Shown piece after piece: positions 13,401 through 26,002 of a DNA stretch of 64,000 bases; the stretch's first letter is position 1; the number at the start of each line of letters is the position of its first letter. A program made the translations under genes and the position numbers. The stretch comes from Octopus sinensis (Eukaryota): NCBI RefSeq assembly GCF_006345805.1, contig NC_043001.1, positions 46,872,001 through 46,936,000 of the forward strand. Direction: 5' to 3'. Under the pieces are notes generated by a model. It ran no database searches. It saw only the letters and a program-made list of their open reading frames with translations, and was not told the DNA's origin.

Positions 13401-16400
13401 CATGCTCTTCTGCTGTTACTGATAGTTTCTACTGTCAGTACATGCCACTTTTTCATTCACTATTTGACATGAAAGCAATGGTTCTACTATTATTTTACCT
13501 GCTAACTGATAGAAGGTTACGTCAAGAAGAAAACAGCTTAGCTATGGGAAATAATATTAGTATTGCCTACCTCATCATCATTTCTGCCCTTATAAAAACC
13601 CAAGTGAGGCTCCCATTCTGCAGTGATCCAGAATTGAATAATGACTCAGACAAGCAACCCAAGATGAAATGGCTTTTAGTAATGAACTTCTAGTAACCAC
13701 TAGCGCCTTCGATGTACCAGAAACCTATAATCTTTCCTTACCAATCACTCCTTTTTGTATATTGATGTTAACAAATGTGACAACAATACCTTTATCCCAA
13801 AATTACCCTGTAGCATATTTGATTGTGTGGACACTTCAGTTTTGATTTCATTTCAAACCACACCTAAAAAAATTGATGCTTAAATACTACATTACACAAA
13901 TTTATGAAGCAACCCAGATGCACTTATTAAATGTACTTTCCTACATGTAACCCTAATACAATGTAAATTTGTTTTGGAAGTTTAACATTGAGAATGTGAT
14001 TTATTATTTTAAACTTGTTATTTGTGTTTTAGTTTTGCTGAATACATAAAATTAAAGTAGAATTTATGCACAAAAAATGTTTCTTACTTGTTTAAAAATC
14101 CTGATTTGATTTAATGAGGATTAGTATTACAACGTATTGGTAATAATCTGATTTGTTCAACTGACAAACTGACAAGAAGAATAATTAATGTCATTCATTA
14201 ATAACTCTTTAGCATTCAAACCAGCTGTGTCCGGCTAAAATATTTTCTCAGTTTTATACTCAAACTGGCCAAGTTTAGCCTCTTACACCAACCCTACAAT
14301 ATCATTCTAAAATTTAACAGTTACCTCATCAAAGTCTCAAAGCTACAAGATAATGCATAATTAATTCAAAACAATGTGGATAAATAAGAATTGCTTTTGA
14401 GAGAGTAATCTGAAGGCAAAAGGGTTAAGGTATCTATTTAGAGAAATAGAACGGCAAGTCTTTTAGTTAGCATCTGACAGAAATAGTCTACACATTCAAT
14501 ACAATGCCATTCAATTTAATTATAATAATTTGTTTAATTTAAAGTTTATTGGATCTTGGGAATATTCCAAATACTGAATGAAACACCTAGTCATACATAA
14601 AAATTGATGGCAGTGTAGTTGTGTGGCTGTAGAACTTGTACAGAATCATTAAATTGGAATTGATAGTAGCTGTCAGAGTGGTATGTTTGTTACTCTATGT
14701 AGGACTTCACAGTGAGACACTGTCCACACAACTGTAAATAGGTGCCACTGTGTGATGTAGTTCACTGCTCTATGTTGGTACCACAGTCAAAATATAGTCC
14801 ACACAACTGTGTAGGTTAAGTTCACTGCAAAGTAGTAACAGCTCTGTGAAATAGACAAGTAATTTGTTGACTTGTAGCACTGAGATCAAATTCTTCTGTG
14901 GTAAACCTACATTCTTTTGGTAAGTAGGGGCATCTGTTACCCTCTTTGTAAACTGGAAATAAAACATCAGGCCTATGAATACCTACTGATTTGATAAAGA
15001 AACATATGTAGCTTAACTTTCCTTATTACAGTTGTTGTTGTTTAGTCCCCTCCATCCCACCCGATCTGGTCAGCTCTAATTGTGCAGATATGCAATCAAA
15101 GGCATTCCAGCTATGACTATCCAGTTTTTTTTTTCTTTAAAGTTGGCATTTGAGGGGAATTTGACTGTCACTTCTGACAATTTAGGCAGTCATAAGCTCC
15201 TCTCTTGTCGCACTTGCTACTGTGTGGCTGTGGAATTGGCAGTAATTCGAGTTCTTTGAATTCCATTCCCCTCCCTCTCCAATATTCTGTGCTCATCCTA
15301 TCACTTTGGAGTGTGTGTATGTGAGGGAGGGAGGGAAGGCGGGATTGTACTTGTGAAAGACAATTTTTGTTACACCCCATGTATACCACACAGCTAAAGC
15401 ATCTGATTATATTGTGCATACCCACCCGCATTTCTCAGCAATGATAATGTGGTTGTAGTAGAGCTAGGAAGAGACTGTTTGACATACATATCTGTGTCAA
15501 AGAAAATGTCATCTTGAGAAGAAGCAGGCAGCAAGAGTGATGTAGTGAAAATAATGGCAATGATCATTTCATGATAGTTTTGGTGAGGATATTGTTTTCT
15601 GATGTTAGTGGAAGGGTTTGTTGTGTTTAGCCTCAGGTCATCCCTAACTTATGATCAGAAGTGTTTAAACAAAAACAGGTCACCTTTCTTTCATCCCCAA
15701 CCCCCATATTTAAGTTATAATGTATTCAGGACTAAATACTCTTGGATGTGTGATTCCTTCCTTTTTAAAATGAAAATAGTTAATTTGAAAAAAATTTGGC
15801 TGCTATTTTTGACAAGTGAATGTCCATATAGAGAAACCTAGTTTTGGATTTGGTGATGATGGTTAAGATTAACGATAGCAAAGTTAGCAGAACTGGTTGA
15901 GTAGAACAGCATCAGATAAATCTTAGGTACTTAGCTTTGTTAGTGTTCTGAGCTCAAACCTGTTCTGGTTGGAGATGGAAGTAGATTTAGCCTTTTATCC
16001 TTCCAGTGACTGAAATAAATGACAATAATATACTAGTCTGTTCTTTCTCTTTTACTGTGCCAAATCTACATATGTTAGCATTCATAGATCTTCATGACCT
16101 TGTTTGAAGATACAAGATTATTCTAGGGAACAATAGCACAGTGGTTTCCTGTTGTCTTTTGCTAGTTTATTTACTGCTTATTCTGCTTGTCTGTTGATCT
16201 TCTGAGCTTATCCTTGAGATACAGGGCCTATGTAACCTTTAGGCAAGGGGACTGGTTCACTTGACATCAAAGTATATTCACACACTCGTTGGCCTATATG
16301 AAACTTGTCTAGGGGACCAGCCCTTCTCTGAATCTTGAATCTCTTGAATTCCTTTACCAGAGAACTATGGAGTATTGAGTTATCCTTTAGTTGCTACTAC

Positions 16401-19400
16401 TATCAGGTCTGAATTAAAATTATATCCTTCTCCTCTACAAGGATTATTGTGTGTAACAGCCTTGAGCACACAGCTCCTTCCTCTTGACGAAACCATTTAA
16501 AACAGTGGTTCTCAACCATATTTTACTTAAGGATCCTTTTGATTGCAAATCTATTCTTGTGGACCCCCATAGCCATTCAGTGTTTAAAAACAAGTTTTAT
16601 AGATACTTCTTTCAAAATTCCTTTTTTTTTTTCACACATTCACTTGTGTAATTTGAACTATGTATAATGTTAGAGAAAGAAACCTAGCCTTTTCTCACAG
16701 TAAATGCATCTAAAGCATGGATCCCTTAGATACCACTGTGGATCCCCAGTTTACTATTTTGCTTGTGTGGACCCTTAAAAATCTTATATGGACCCCGGTT
16801 GAGAACCACTGATTTAAAAGTGGTAGTGGGAAGTTAATTGTAGTCTGTGTAGATATCGTGAGAAAATATATAGAATGATGTTTGTGGGATAATTATACTT
16901 GCATATAATTTGTACATATTTAATGTTTGTATATATTTATAATATATAATCATATAATTATCATTATAACTTGTTTCAAACTACTAAAAAAGAACCACAT
17001 TGGGCTTTATTCCACAGCAAGACTAAAATACAAATGGCTATGAATCTGTATTTATTAATTTATAACCCTATACAATATTGATACTTCAATAATTATGCTT
17101 ATATATGTCATTCATACATGTCTGTTTAAATGTAAAATGTGTTCATATATTACTCTGTATGTATCTATGTATATATAATGATCTGAATTTGCTCTTACAG
17201 AGTACACTCAATTGGCTGCCATGGATTTGGTACTATATGGTACTTGTCTCTGCCAAAACCTTTAATGGTTTGTATTGCTTCCATTTCTTTACTGTTTCTG
17301 AGACCTAGAATGAGAGAGTGAGTGAGTTTGGATGGTAGGGTATGCATGTTGTTGCTCTTGTAACTATTCTCGTTTGAGTACAAAATACAGCTAATCATCT
17401 CTTGTAGACATGTATGACTTGGTAGCACATACCATCCTTTTGGGAAATATTTTAGGTGCCTATGTACTCACAACCAAACATCCTCTTGTCCCCGCCTCCC
17501 TCAACCTTGAACCAGCAGAGTCTCCAGGATGTGAAAGGAGAGAGGCAGAATAGAGTGAAATAACACAAAATGAAATGCCTTGCTCAAGGACATAATGCAT
17601 TACACAGTCCAGCAATTGAACCTGTAGTCTTACTATCATGATCTAAATAACTTAACCACTAGACCACCTACATTCATTCATTTGAATAATCTTTGATCAT
17701 TTGGCTGCTATTACTAATAGTTCCACTGCTCAGGCAGAGGCTCATTGATTTGTTTGAGGCTACACAATTTATAAGAGCAGGTATTGATACCATGCCAGTA
17801 TATTACTTTGACTCTCTTGTGATACATTTAGACCAGTGGTTCTCTTATTTGGCCGGCCCTTGAGGGTCCATATAATATTTTTCAGGTTCTACACAAAATA
17901 ATAAATCAGGGATCCGCAATAGTATTTTGAGGGTCCCTGAAAAAATTTTGCTTTAGATGTATGTATTGGTATGTAAAGCAAAATACAGCTAGGTTTCTTT
18001 CTCTAACATTTTACATAGTTCAATCTACACAAATTAATGTGCGCAAAACAAAATAGGAATTTTGAAAGTTTATATAAAACTAGTTTTTAATCATAGAATG
18101 GCTATGGGGGTCCACCAGAATAAAATAGAAATCAAAGGGGTCCCATAGATAAAAAGAAATGGCTGGAAGCCTCTGATTTAGACTATTTAATCAGAAGGAC
18201 AGATTCATCCTTAGTAGGATTTGAGCTGAGAAAGTAAAAAGTTGTAAGTAAATATTGCAAATCATTTAGTTCCATACACTAACATATATGTTATTCTCTT
18301 TCCTCTTATTTTTAGTTTCACTTTGGTATAGTGCTAATAACATTGGTTTAAACAAGACTTTCATGTGACAAATACTTCTCTCAATCCAGTAATCCATAGA
18401 TAGTATTGAACTCAGCACTGTAAGCTAATGAATTACTTGTTTACAATAATCTTACTGCTGCTTTTGGTAGTTTGCCGTACTTCACTATGGTACCTATTAA
18501 TGGCTACTTGAACTGGACCTGGTTGAGTGAAATATTTTTTACCAAGAATAGACACGGCACAATGACATTGATAGGATATATATATATACATACACACTCA
18601 CACACACACCGTCCACTTTCTGGACAAAGGACAAAGGTACAGCATCTCATTAAGGAAAGGAGAAACATGTTTAATTGTAATAACAAAAGCAAAGTGGTGG
18701 CTGTTGATGAGAGTAGACTATGATAAAGAGGTTGAATTGATGTCAAAAGTTGATGGTGGCAAGGATGATGATAATGTTTATGATGAAAATGATGTAGAGC
18801 AGTGGTTTCCAATTTTTTCACAGTGGTTCCAAACCCTTTTATTTAAATGAATTTTCCCACAGACCCCTTTTAATATAGTTATCCATATATTCAGTAGTGG
18901 ACTGGGCAGGTTGCCAGCTTGCCTGATGGCAAGTGGGCCCCTGCGCCATTAGAATCCATATATAGGGGCCCATGTTAGTATCTAAGAGGCCTATCCCTTC
19001 AAGTTTGAGAATTTTTTGTTGACTCCTAGAAGAATGCATTATTTCAGCCTGGCTATGTTTGTAGAAAATTGAAAAGAATACTTTGAACAAAAAAATAAAT
19101 AAATAAATGGTAGCATTGTAGTTGTGATTGGGCCTCCTTAGTCTCCTGACAACCAATATTTTTAGACCCAGTCTGCCACTGCTTATATTTATATATATAT
19201 ATAATTATATATGCAATTTTAAGTTTAGTTCATGGACTCCTAGTACTACCTTTGCAGATTACCAGATTTGCAGAACCACTGATGTAGAGTATTGTTGATG
19301 GTAATGATGTTTATGAGTAGAATGTTGATGATAATTAGTAGAATATTGATGAAGGGATTGCTGCTGCTGCTGATGTGTATGGTGGTGATGAGTAGAATAT

Positions 19401-21181
19401 TGATGTTAACGATAATAGTAATAATAATGTTGATGGTGATGATTGTTTATTTCTGCTTGCAGCTGCTGATTTGTGCGGTGAAAAACTTGCTTGGTTTTTT
19501 GGTATCACAAGCCCCAAATACCAATATGCAATTGATGAATATTACAAAGAACAGGTAAGTAACCATTTCATCACAGCCCAACCCATATACTTTTTGTTTT
19601 TTTTCTTCATAGTGGCAGCTTATATACATGTGTAGATCACAAGTGTTCAAGCTTAGGCAACCCTGTTGCAAAGTTTGTTGTGCCACACACTAAAACTAAA
19701 ATGAGAGAGACTCTCCACAGTTCGACCTGCTAGAAAGAGTAGCCAAATTAACCTCAAATTATACCTTCCTACATTGAACAATATACACTATGATACACAA
19801 ATAAAAAGAGGTTATTCACAACCGGAACACCTTTAATCATACATTTTCTCATTCAAGTTTGAGCTGGGACTAAACAAGAACACATTACATTTGTCTTGTT
19901 GTTTAGACTCAAATCAGTCCTGACTGATCAGAAGTATTTTATTCTTGACCAACACATAAATTTTCCAAACATGAAGTCAAACAACTGCATAGAGGTCACC
20001 TTGTTGGCTTAGTGTTACAGGTAGTAGAGTTGTTGTCATTTAACCCCAGGTTAGCAGACCTGTTATCAAAGGCATTCCAGCCATGACCTTCCTATCTTTT
20101 ATATCTGAAGAAAAATATTGCAAATCAGACAACATTACATATGATATGCTCTTCCTTTTTGTATATATGTTTAAGTATAGCTTGTAGGAGATATGGCTGC
20201 ATGTGTCAAGTGATTAGAAATTCTGTTTTCTGTGCTTGTCCCAGGTCAAAGTTTACTGAGTCAGTAGGAATGCTAGCATACTGACTTAAAAATTGAGGGT
20301 TCATGTCTTTTCTCTTGGTACTGTTGAAGGAGTATTACCAAATGAAAATGATAACTAACAGTAAAACCATAGGTCTTGAGATCAAATCGCTGCCTATCGT
20401 TTTCACTGAATTTAATAATATATAATTCCTAACATTTCAAGTTTTGAAAAAAGTGTGCAATCAATTTTATCAATCCCAATATATTATTGATGGGTATTTT
20501 GGCAGAATTCTGGTTCAAGCATTGCATATAACCCCTCACCTTTTTTACTTTTTGGAATTTTCAGAAAATTTTTGTGAATTTGTGTTCTATACATGGGAAT
20601 TCATATGATTATGCAAAATAAAATTGTGTGATTTAGGGACTATTTAGCTGTTATTTTAGCACATCTCATGACCACCTGATATCTTTTTTGTTTCTTTGTC
20701 ACTCTGACATGTGTTGATGTTTTTCAATATTTTTCTCCCCGTTTACACATTTAATGAAATGATGATGCACCCAAGGGTGCTCCATTGCTGGGATTTAAGC
20801 AAAAAAATTCGGACTGTCCATATTTTAAACTCTAATTTTTAAAAAAACATTTCTAAAAGAGTGGGAGTTTTAGGATTAAAAATTGAAAGAAATATTTTTT
20901 TATATTCATATGAATTCCCGCATGTAGGTGGAAGGAGTGAGGGGTTTTATATCTGAATGACAGCAACTGCAAAAAAAAAAAAAAGAAGAAGAAAGGAAAA
21001 TTTCAATCATTTAATAAAATCTCAATGTTTCTGTCTTTTACAGGAAGAGAAAACTAATACTGAGAAAGAAAGACTTCATTCAGTAAAAACTAGCAGTGAA
21101 CCAGTAACTGCTCCACCAGCTTCCAAGAATGTGTCTGAAAATCCTCCAACTCAAGATTATGAAAATCTTGATAAATTTTGA
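3846..21181 (+). CDS. FAM177A1: FAM177A1-like protein, spliced join(3846..4019,17201..17267,19463..19554,21044..21181); 5'-incomplete
   Basis: The four exons have AG/GT ends and matching phases (0,1,0) and total 471 nt. They give VQTPDRDFTSIPLDGDANHASKKKAPKRVLHFSDGILEEYSTDEEEQPEVKTQTTLDP-STLNWLPWIWYYMVLVSAKTFN-AADLCGEKLAWFFGITSPKYQYAIDEYYKEQ-EEKTNTEK...DYENLDKF*. The motifs PKRVLHFSDG.LEEYSTD and GEKLA..FGIT.PKYQYAIDEYY are characteristic of FAM177. Confidence 0.93.
7080..7478 (+). mobile_element. Non-autonomous Helitron/Helentron-like element
   Basis: Starts actagcagtattgcccggcattgctcgg (GC hairpin) and ends cacagacaacttcagttttatatatatagagagat. The same termini occur in reverse at 42762-43146. 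The class assignment rests on terminal architecture only. Confidence 0.6.
8102..8972 (+). mobile_element. Decayed mariner (DD34D-type) transposase, 3'-truncated
   Basis: MEVTKEQIWHILLYEFNKG (HTH), WVPHKL, TGDEK and HQDNAQPH, ending at PPYS before the third catalytic D. Contains frameshifts and stops. Confidence 0.9.
8973..9168 (+). mobile_element. Penelope-like terminal-repeat fragment with a hammerhead-like core
   Basis: After an (AAT)n run: gacac-CTGATGA-a-ggctg-gagggtatat-cagct-GAAA-tgttag-gtgtt (9046-9093). Confidence 0.55.
9197..9560 (-). mobile_element. SINE family A copy
   Basis: cttttacttgtttcagtcatt ... cttgcccaaggtgccacgcagtgg ... cacaaccactcc, collinear with the other copies. Confidence 0.8.
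9961..10370 (+). mobile_element. SINE family B (RTE-type (GAT)n tail)
   Basis: ...cacccactacactctcggagtggttggtgttaggaagggcatccagctgtagaaac...cgttaaacgatgatgatg. Other copies at about 2820-3030, 5590-5752, 43255-43425, 47090-47302, 54370-54735, 59880-60105 and 60120-60476 (+), and 30373-30680, 57942-58250 and 58795-59250 (-). Confidence 0.82.
10688..11056 (-). mobile_element. SINE family A copy
   Basis: Collinear with 1862-2235 and 9197-9560. Confidence 0.8.
14205..14424. mobile_element. Decayed TTAA-type MITE
   Basis: ataa-ctctttagcattca ... tgaaggcaaaaggg-ttaa: a degenerate TIR with one intact TTAA. Confidence 0.55.
16503..16811. mobile_element. hAT MITE
   Basis: TIR CAGTGGTTCTCAACC / GGTTGAGAACCACTG (15 bp, perfect), with an 8-bp TSD ATTTAAAA on both sides. 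Confidence 0.92.
17201..17267 (+). CDS. FAM177A1: FAM177A1-like coding exon (STLNWLPWIWYYMVLVSAKTFN)
   Basis: Acceptor gctcttacag, donor g|gtttgt. 67 nt, phase 0/1. Matches the FAM177 L.W.P..W.Y segment. Confidence 0.9.
17834..18175. mobile_element. hAT MITE
   Basis: Starts CAGTGGTTCTC with a decayed right TIR; perfect 8-bp TSD ATTTAGAC (17826-17833 and 18176-18183). Confidence 0.85.
18800..19281. mobile_element. hAT MITE carrying a nested hAT MITE
   Basis: CAGTGGTTTC ... AGAACCACTG with a perfect 8-bp TSD ATGTAGAG (18792-18799 and 19282-19289). Confidence 0.88.
18892..19181. mobile_element. Nested hAT MITE (different family)
   Basis: TIR CAGTAGTGGACTGGG / CCCAGTCTGCCACTG; TSD CATATATT / CTTATATT (1 mismatch). 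Confidence 0.8.
19463..19554 (+). CDS. FAM177A1: FAM177A1-like coding exon (ADLCGEKLAWFFGITSPKYQYAIDEYYKEQ)
   Basis: Acceptor ctgcttgcag, donor cag|gtaagt. 92 nt, phase 1/0. Confidence 0.93.
20529..20951. mobile_element. MITE with terminal and subterminal inverted repeats
   Basis: tataacccctcacc / gtgaggggttttata at the ends, plus an inner inverted pair tacatgggaattcatatgattat / atattcatatgaattcccgcatgta. Confidence 0.65.
21044..21181 (+). CDS. FAM177A1: FAM177A1-like last coding exon (EEKTNTEK...ENLDKF*)
   Basis: Acceptor gtcttttacag. 138 nt in phase 0 ending in TGA; this is the 3' part of track ORF 20957..21181. Confidence 0.8.
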   Translation, partial: EEKTNTEKERLHSVKTSSEPVTAPPASKNVSENPPTQDYENLDKF

Positions 21182-21213
21182 GCATAACACATCTTTGTTA
21201 ATTTTTACTTAAC

Positions 21214-21224
21214 TATTATTATTA

Positions 21225-21282
<58 letters not shown>
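21214..21282. repeat. (TTA)n microsatellite 33 nt after the FAM177A1-like stop codon
   Basis: Direct reading. Confidence 0.95.
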
Positions 21283-21388
21283 CTCTTGATATTTTTTCTT
21301 TTGCTCTTTCTTTCTTTTGTCTGCCTTTTCCCTACTCCCTACCCTCATACATTAACAGCATCATCATCATTATCATCATCACTACTGT

Positions 21389-21664
21389 TAAAGATGGTCA
21401 ATGGCAGAATCAGAAGAACACAAGGCAAAATGCTGTGGAGTATCTTTTTTTTTTTATTTATTTAGTAATATTCGTTTTTTGTTCTGAGTTCAAATCATGC
21501 CAGGATCGACAAAGCCGTTTTTTTTTTTCATTCTTCCATGGTCTATAAAATAAAGTTGTCAGTCACATACTGGAGTTGATGTCATCAACTCACTTCATCC
21601 CACAATTTATGGCTTTGAACATATGTGGTATCAACATTTAAAAAACCATTATTATTATTTATTA

Positions 21665-21702
<38 letters not shown>

Positions 21703-24700
21703 TTTTAAAACATCATCATCATCATCATTATATGGAGGTGTGAGCTGGCAGAGTTGACAGCATACAGCAATTTTTCTGGCTTTACATCCTGAGTTCAAAT
21801 GTCGCTGGAGCCAGCTTTGCTTGTCGTACTTTCAGGGTTGATAAAATAACTAACAGTTAGTACTAGGGTTGATCTAACTGACTAGCCCCTTCCTTCAAAA
21901 TTTCAGGCCTTGTGCCTATAGTAGAAAGCATTTTTATTATAATTATTATTAATAAGGCGAGCTGGCAAAAGTGTTTAGCATGCTGGGCAAAATACTTAGT
22001 GGCATTTCATCTGTTTTTGCATTCTGAGTTCAAATTCTGCCGAAGTTGACTTTGCCTTTCATCCTTTCGGGTTGATAAAATAAGTACCAGTTGAGCATTG
22101 GGTTCGATGTAACTGACTAGTCCCCTCCAAAATTTCAGGCTTTGTGCCTTTAGTAGAAATGATTATTACTACTACTATTACTAAAGTCATGAGCTGGTAC
22201 AATCATTAGTATGCCCGGCAAAATGCTTAGTAGCATTTTGTTCATCTTTATGTTCTGAGTTCAAATTCCACCAGGGTCGACTTTACCGTTCATCCTTTCA
22301 GGATCAATAAAATAAGTACTAGTTGGATACTGGAAGTCAATGTAATCGACTTACCCCTCTCCCCTGAACTTGCTGGCCTTGTGCCAAAAGTTGAAATCAT
22401 TTTTATTATTGCTTGGCAGAATGGGTAACGTTATTAGCACTGTTGCATTGCTGAAAACTGGGAAATGGGATTGGGCCACATTCAAGACAATAACATCTGT
22501 TTGTTTCTTCTTCCAGGTCTTCCTCTTATTGTAATTAAATTTTGTAGGATAAATTACAGAGTCGTTGCTCTTTTTTTTTTTCCATAATTTGGTAATCGTA
22601 GGAGGTTTATTGATGCAATTTACCTAAATTATTACAAGTGAGAGAGGTATCACTTGTCTCAACTCAACCATACTCACTTATTGTGAAAATAATTAACATT
22701 ACTTCACATTTTATTAATGATAATTAACATACCTGTCTAATTCTTCCACTAACTTCTTTCACTTAATCAAACCTCCAACTTCTGCGTAATCTGTGTTCCA
22801 ACTGAACACATTCCATTCTTTTATACTTTCCATTAACTTATCTTTTGTTAATATTTATTGTTATTTAAGATTAATAAAAGGACTAACAAATAAAGTTGGT
22901 TTGTCAGTATATTCACACTTTGTCTTTATCATTATTTTACAATTCATTGTTATTTTCTTGCATTAATCTTTTTTTTTAAAGTGGTGGGATGGCAAAATCA
23001 TTAAAGTGTTAGAGGAAATATCTTACTGTATTTCTTTTGGTCCCTTATGTTCTGAGTTCAAATCCTGCCAAAGTCAACTTTTGCCTTTTGTCTCTCTAGG
23101 ACCAGTAAAATAAAGCACTAGTCAAGTACTGATTTGATATAACTGATTAATCTACTCCCTGAAATTTCAGGTCTTTTGGTTTAGCAGAATTGTTAGAGCA
23201 TCAGAAAAAAAAAGGTATCTTGAGAGGGCTTCTTCTGTCTCTTTACATTGTGAGTTCAAATCCTGACAAGGCCAACTCTGTTTTTCATCCGTCTGGGATT
23301 GATAAAATAACATATCAGTCCATTACTTGGTTAACCCTGTTGCATCTTATTCCTGCTATAGTGAGAATGGCCTAAACACATGAGGTGGTATCAAAAAGTT
23401 CCTGGACTAGTTCTGTAGTGCACCAGTAGATGGCAGCACACTGTTGTGTGCACAGTGAGAGCTAGCAGTGGCAGTGTGCCGAGTGACATTACTGTATTTA
23501 CATTACAAGTTGTGAAATTTGTGTTTTTGTGATCACATGTAAGCTGTAGTCTGTGATTTTTGTCGTAGACAGGAAATTAGAACAAAAAGCCAATGTGAAA
23601 TTTTGCCTTAAACTTGGGAAGTTTGCTACAGAGTCATTGAGGCAATGGGTTGTATGCAATGTTTTTAGTAGCACAGGTGCTTGAAAAGTGGAAGAACATT
23701 CCTGGTAGACCTGCTACAAGCTTTGCCCACTGATATGTGAAGAAAATTCATCGGTTTGTGCATGATGATCATTGGAGGACAATCGATGTTTTGAAGTGTT
23801 TGAGGGAGGGGAGGACATTTGGCGTAAGCGACTGAATCTGTGGAGCACAAAGAATTGGATTCTTCTTCATGATGACAAAGCACCCTGTCACTGAGCTCTC
23901 CTCACTCCTGAGTTTCTTGCCAAAAACAGCATGGTATTGCTTCTGCACTCACCTTATTCACCAGATTTAGCACCTGCAGACTTCTATCTCTTCCCCAAGA
24001 TGAAAATGTAGCTCAAAGGTTACTGTTTTAAAACTGTTGTCAAGATCATGAATGAATCACAGGTCAACTTGCTTACTGAAAATCACTTCCATGGAACTTT
24101 TTGATAACATCTCGTCATCTCTGCCAGATTCCCATTACAGTGGTAATTAACAACAAATAGAAAAAGAAGATAAAATACTAAAATTAGACAACCAATCCCA
24201 TTGCAGCTTTGTAGACAAGTGTGTTAATGACTCATTGTTAATGATGTTCCCCCACAGCAGCTGTTTACTTCTTTTCATAATTGAAAAATCAGATTTTTTT
24301 TTTTTTTTTTGCAATGAAATAAGCATGTGATGAACCTAGCACTTAGTCTGGTAAACAAGCAAAGTCTAGACTTTTTACAGTTAAAATTATTGATGATATT
24401 TATTCTTGCAATGAGTATGAGCAAGAATTTCAACAAGTTTACCCTTATGCAGACAGTGAAAGTGATTTGGACAATGAAACCAGTTAAAATGTGGAAAAAG
24501 TAGCATTTAGGGTGAACAAATTCTGTGGTTGAGAGATAGGCCTATTGTAATTTTAAATTATTATTATTTTTTTTTTGTGTGTGATTCTGTCCATTAGTTT
24601 GTCTGCAACCATTACACTTGAGATGTGTATGCAACTATTTATTTTTTTGCTCAAGGGCCCAGGTGGAGGGTAAAGTTAGACATGCACTCAGGTCTGAAAG

Positions 24701-25530
24701 AGTTAATTTAATAGTCTAGTCCCTCTTCTAAATAGTTGCTGGCCTTGTGCCTAAATCAGAAATCATTACTTAATAGGAGAGTGATTGGCAGAATTACTGG
24801 AGTATTGGGCAAAATACCTTGTGGTACATGTTCCAGTGTTTTGCTTTCCAAGTTCAAATCGTACCAAAGTCAACTTTGTTTTTTAAACAGTGGTAGAGCA
24901 TCAGAAAAAATGCTTTGCATCATTTGTTTCTACTCTTTTATATTTTGAGTTCAAATACCATTAAGGTCAGTTTCACCTTTTATCCCTCTGGCATCGATAG
25001 AAAAAAACCCAATTTTAGCATGGTGGCCAAGATAATCAACTAACCCTGCTCTCCCTTCAAAATTGCTGACCTTGTGTCTTAATTAAAAACAATTATTATT
25101 AGGGCAATGAATTGGCTAAATACCTGAAGAAATACCTTGTGGTATTGAATTATGTTCTTTTGCATTATTAGTTCATATCCTATTGGGCTTAATTTTGCCT
25201 GCTTTCCATCCAGAATTGTAAAATACCAGTCAAACATTGGGATTGATATACCTGACTATCCGTTCCCCACAAATTTCTGATGTACCTATGTTAGAAACTA
25301 TTATTACTGAGGTGAAAAGTTTACAAAATCTTTAGAGCATTGGACAAAATGCTAAGCAGCATTTCTTCAGGCTGTTTATGCTCTGACTTCAAATACCACC
25401 AGGATCAACTTGGCCTTTCATCCCTCTGGGATTGATATGAAAAAGCCCCTGTTTTGTACTGGGTCAATGTAATCAACTTTCCCCCCTCCTCTAAAAATTC
25501 CTGGTTCAAATAAGAAGGAATTATTATTAG
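21389..25530 (+). repeat. Head-to-tail array of SINE family C copies (tRNA-derived), interrupted by a mariner
   Basis: Ten B-box-like GTTCAAAT heads, all on +, at about 21481, 21786, 22021, 22252, 23049, 23248, 24846, 24942, 25165 and 25379. Units are about 200-230 bp, mostly separated by (TTA)n. Confidence 0.8.
23381..24114 (+). mobile_element. Internally deleted mariner element with both TIRs
   Basis: TIR tgaggtggtatcaaaaagttcctgg / ccatggaactttttgataacatctcg. Remnants EQKANVKFCLKLGK and HSPYSPDLAPADFYLFPKMK. Confidence 0.85.
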
Positions 25531-26002
25531 CATTATTGTAAGAGCAGTAGTGAAGTGACAGAAATGGCATTTTATTACATTTGTCTACATTCATTTATTC
25601 ATTTAACATCTGTTTTTCAAAGGTAGCATGAATTGGACAGGAGCATATTTCTGGCAGCATTTTACTTCTGGACACCTTTCCTGTTGCCAATTTTTACCTG
25701 TTTTTTCAAATGAGGGATTATCTATTTCATTAGTTTTGAAAATTCAGAACAACCAGTTATAATGTCCATACAGAAAATAAACATCATCACTATTTTGCCC
25801 ATTTGGTGACATGCAAAGACTTAGAATGTCTTTTCACACATACATGGTTATGGTCATGAAATTTTCAACTATGTGGAGTTGAGTTCATTCCTACTGATTG
25901 GCACTTTCAGCAAGTATTTTCTGCTCTAGCCTCAGGTTGACCAATAGTACCTTATATCATCATCAGCAACTCAACCAGTTCAGGGACATACTGACCATAT
26001 AA

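Noticed and set aside
11900-13700. Patches that look like decayed transposase coding sequence, and a TTAA-CCTTTTC start at 12390
   Set aside because: I could not identify diagnostic motifs or a matching right end, so no family call is supportable without a search.
18472-18723. Track ORF LPYFTMVPINGYLNWTWLSE as a FAM177A1 exon
   Set aside because: The exons at 17201 and 19463 already join in frame and match the family. This ORF runs into a microsatellite.
22690-22850. Minus-strand segment ending in CAG|GTATGT as an exon of a third gene
   Set aside because: All frames hit stops or give no recognisable protein, and no partner exons were found.
21389-25530. A-box/B-box-like motifs as tRNA genes
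   Set aside because: No cloverleaf is evident; each head continues into the common SINE body.
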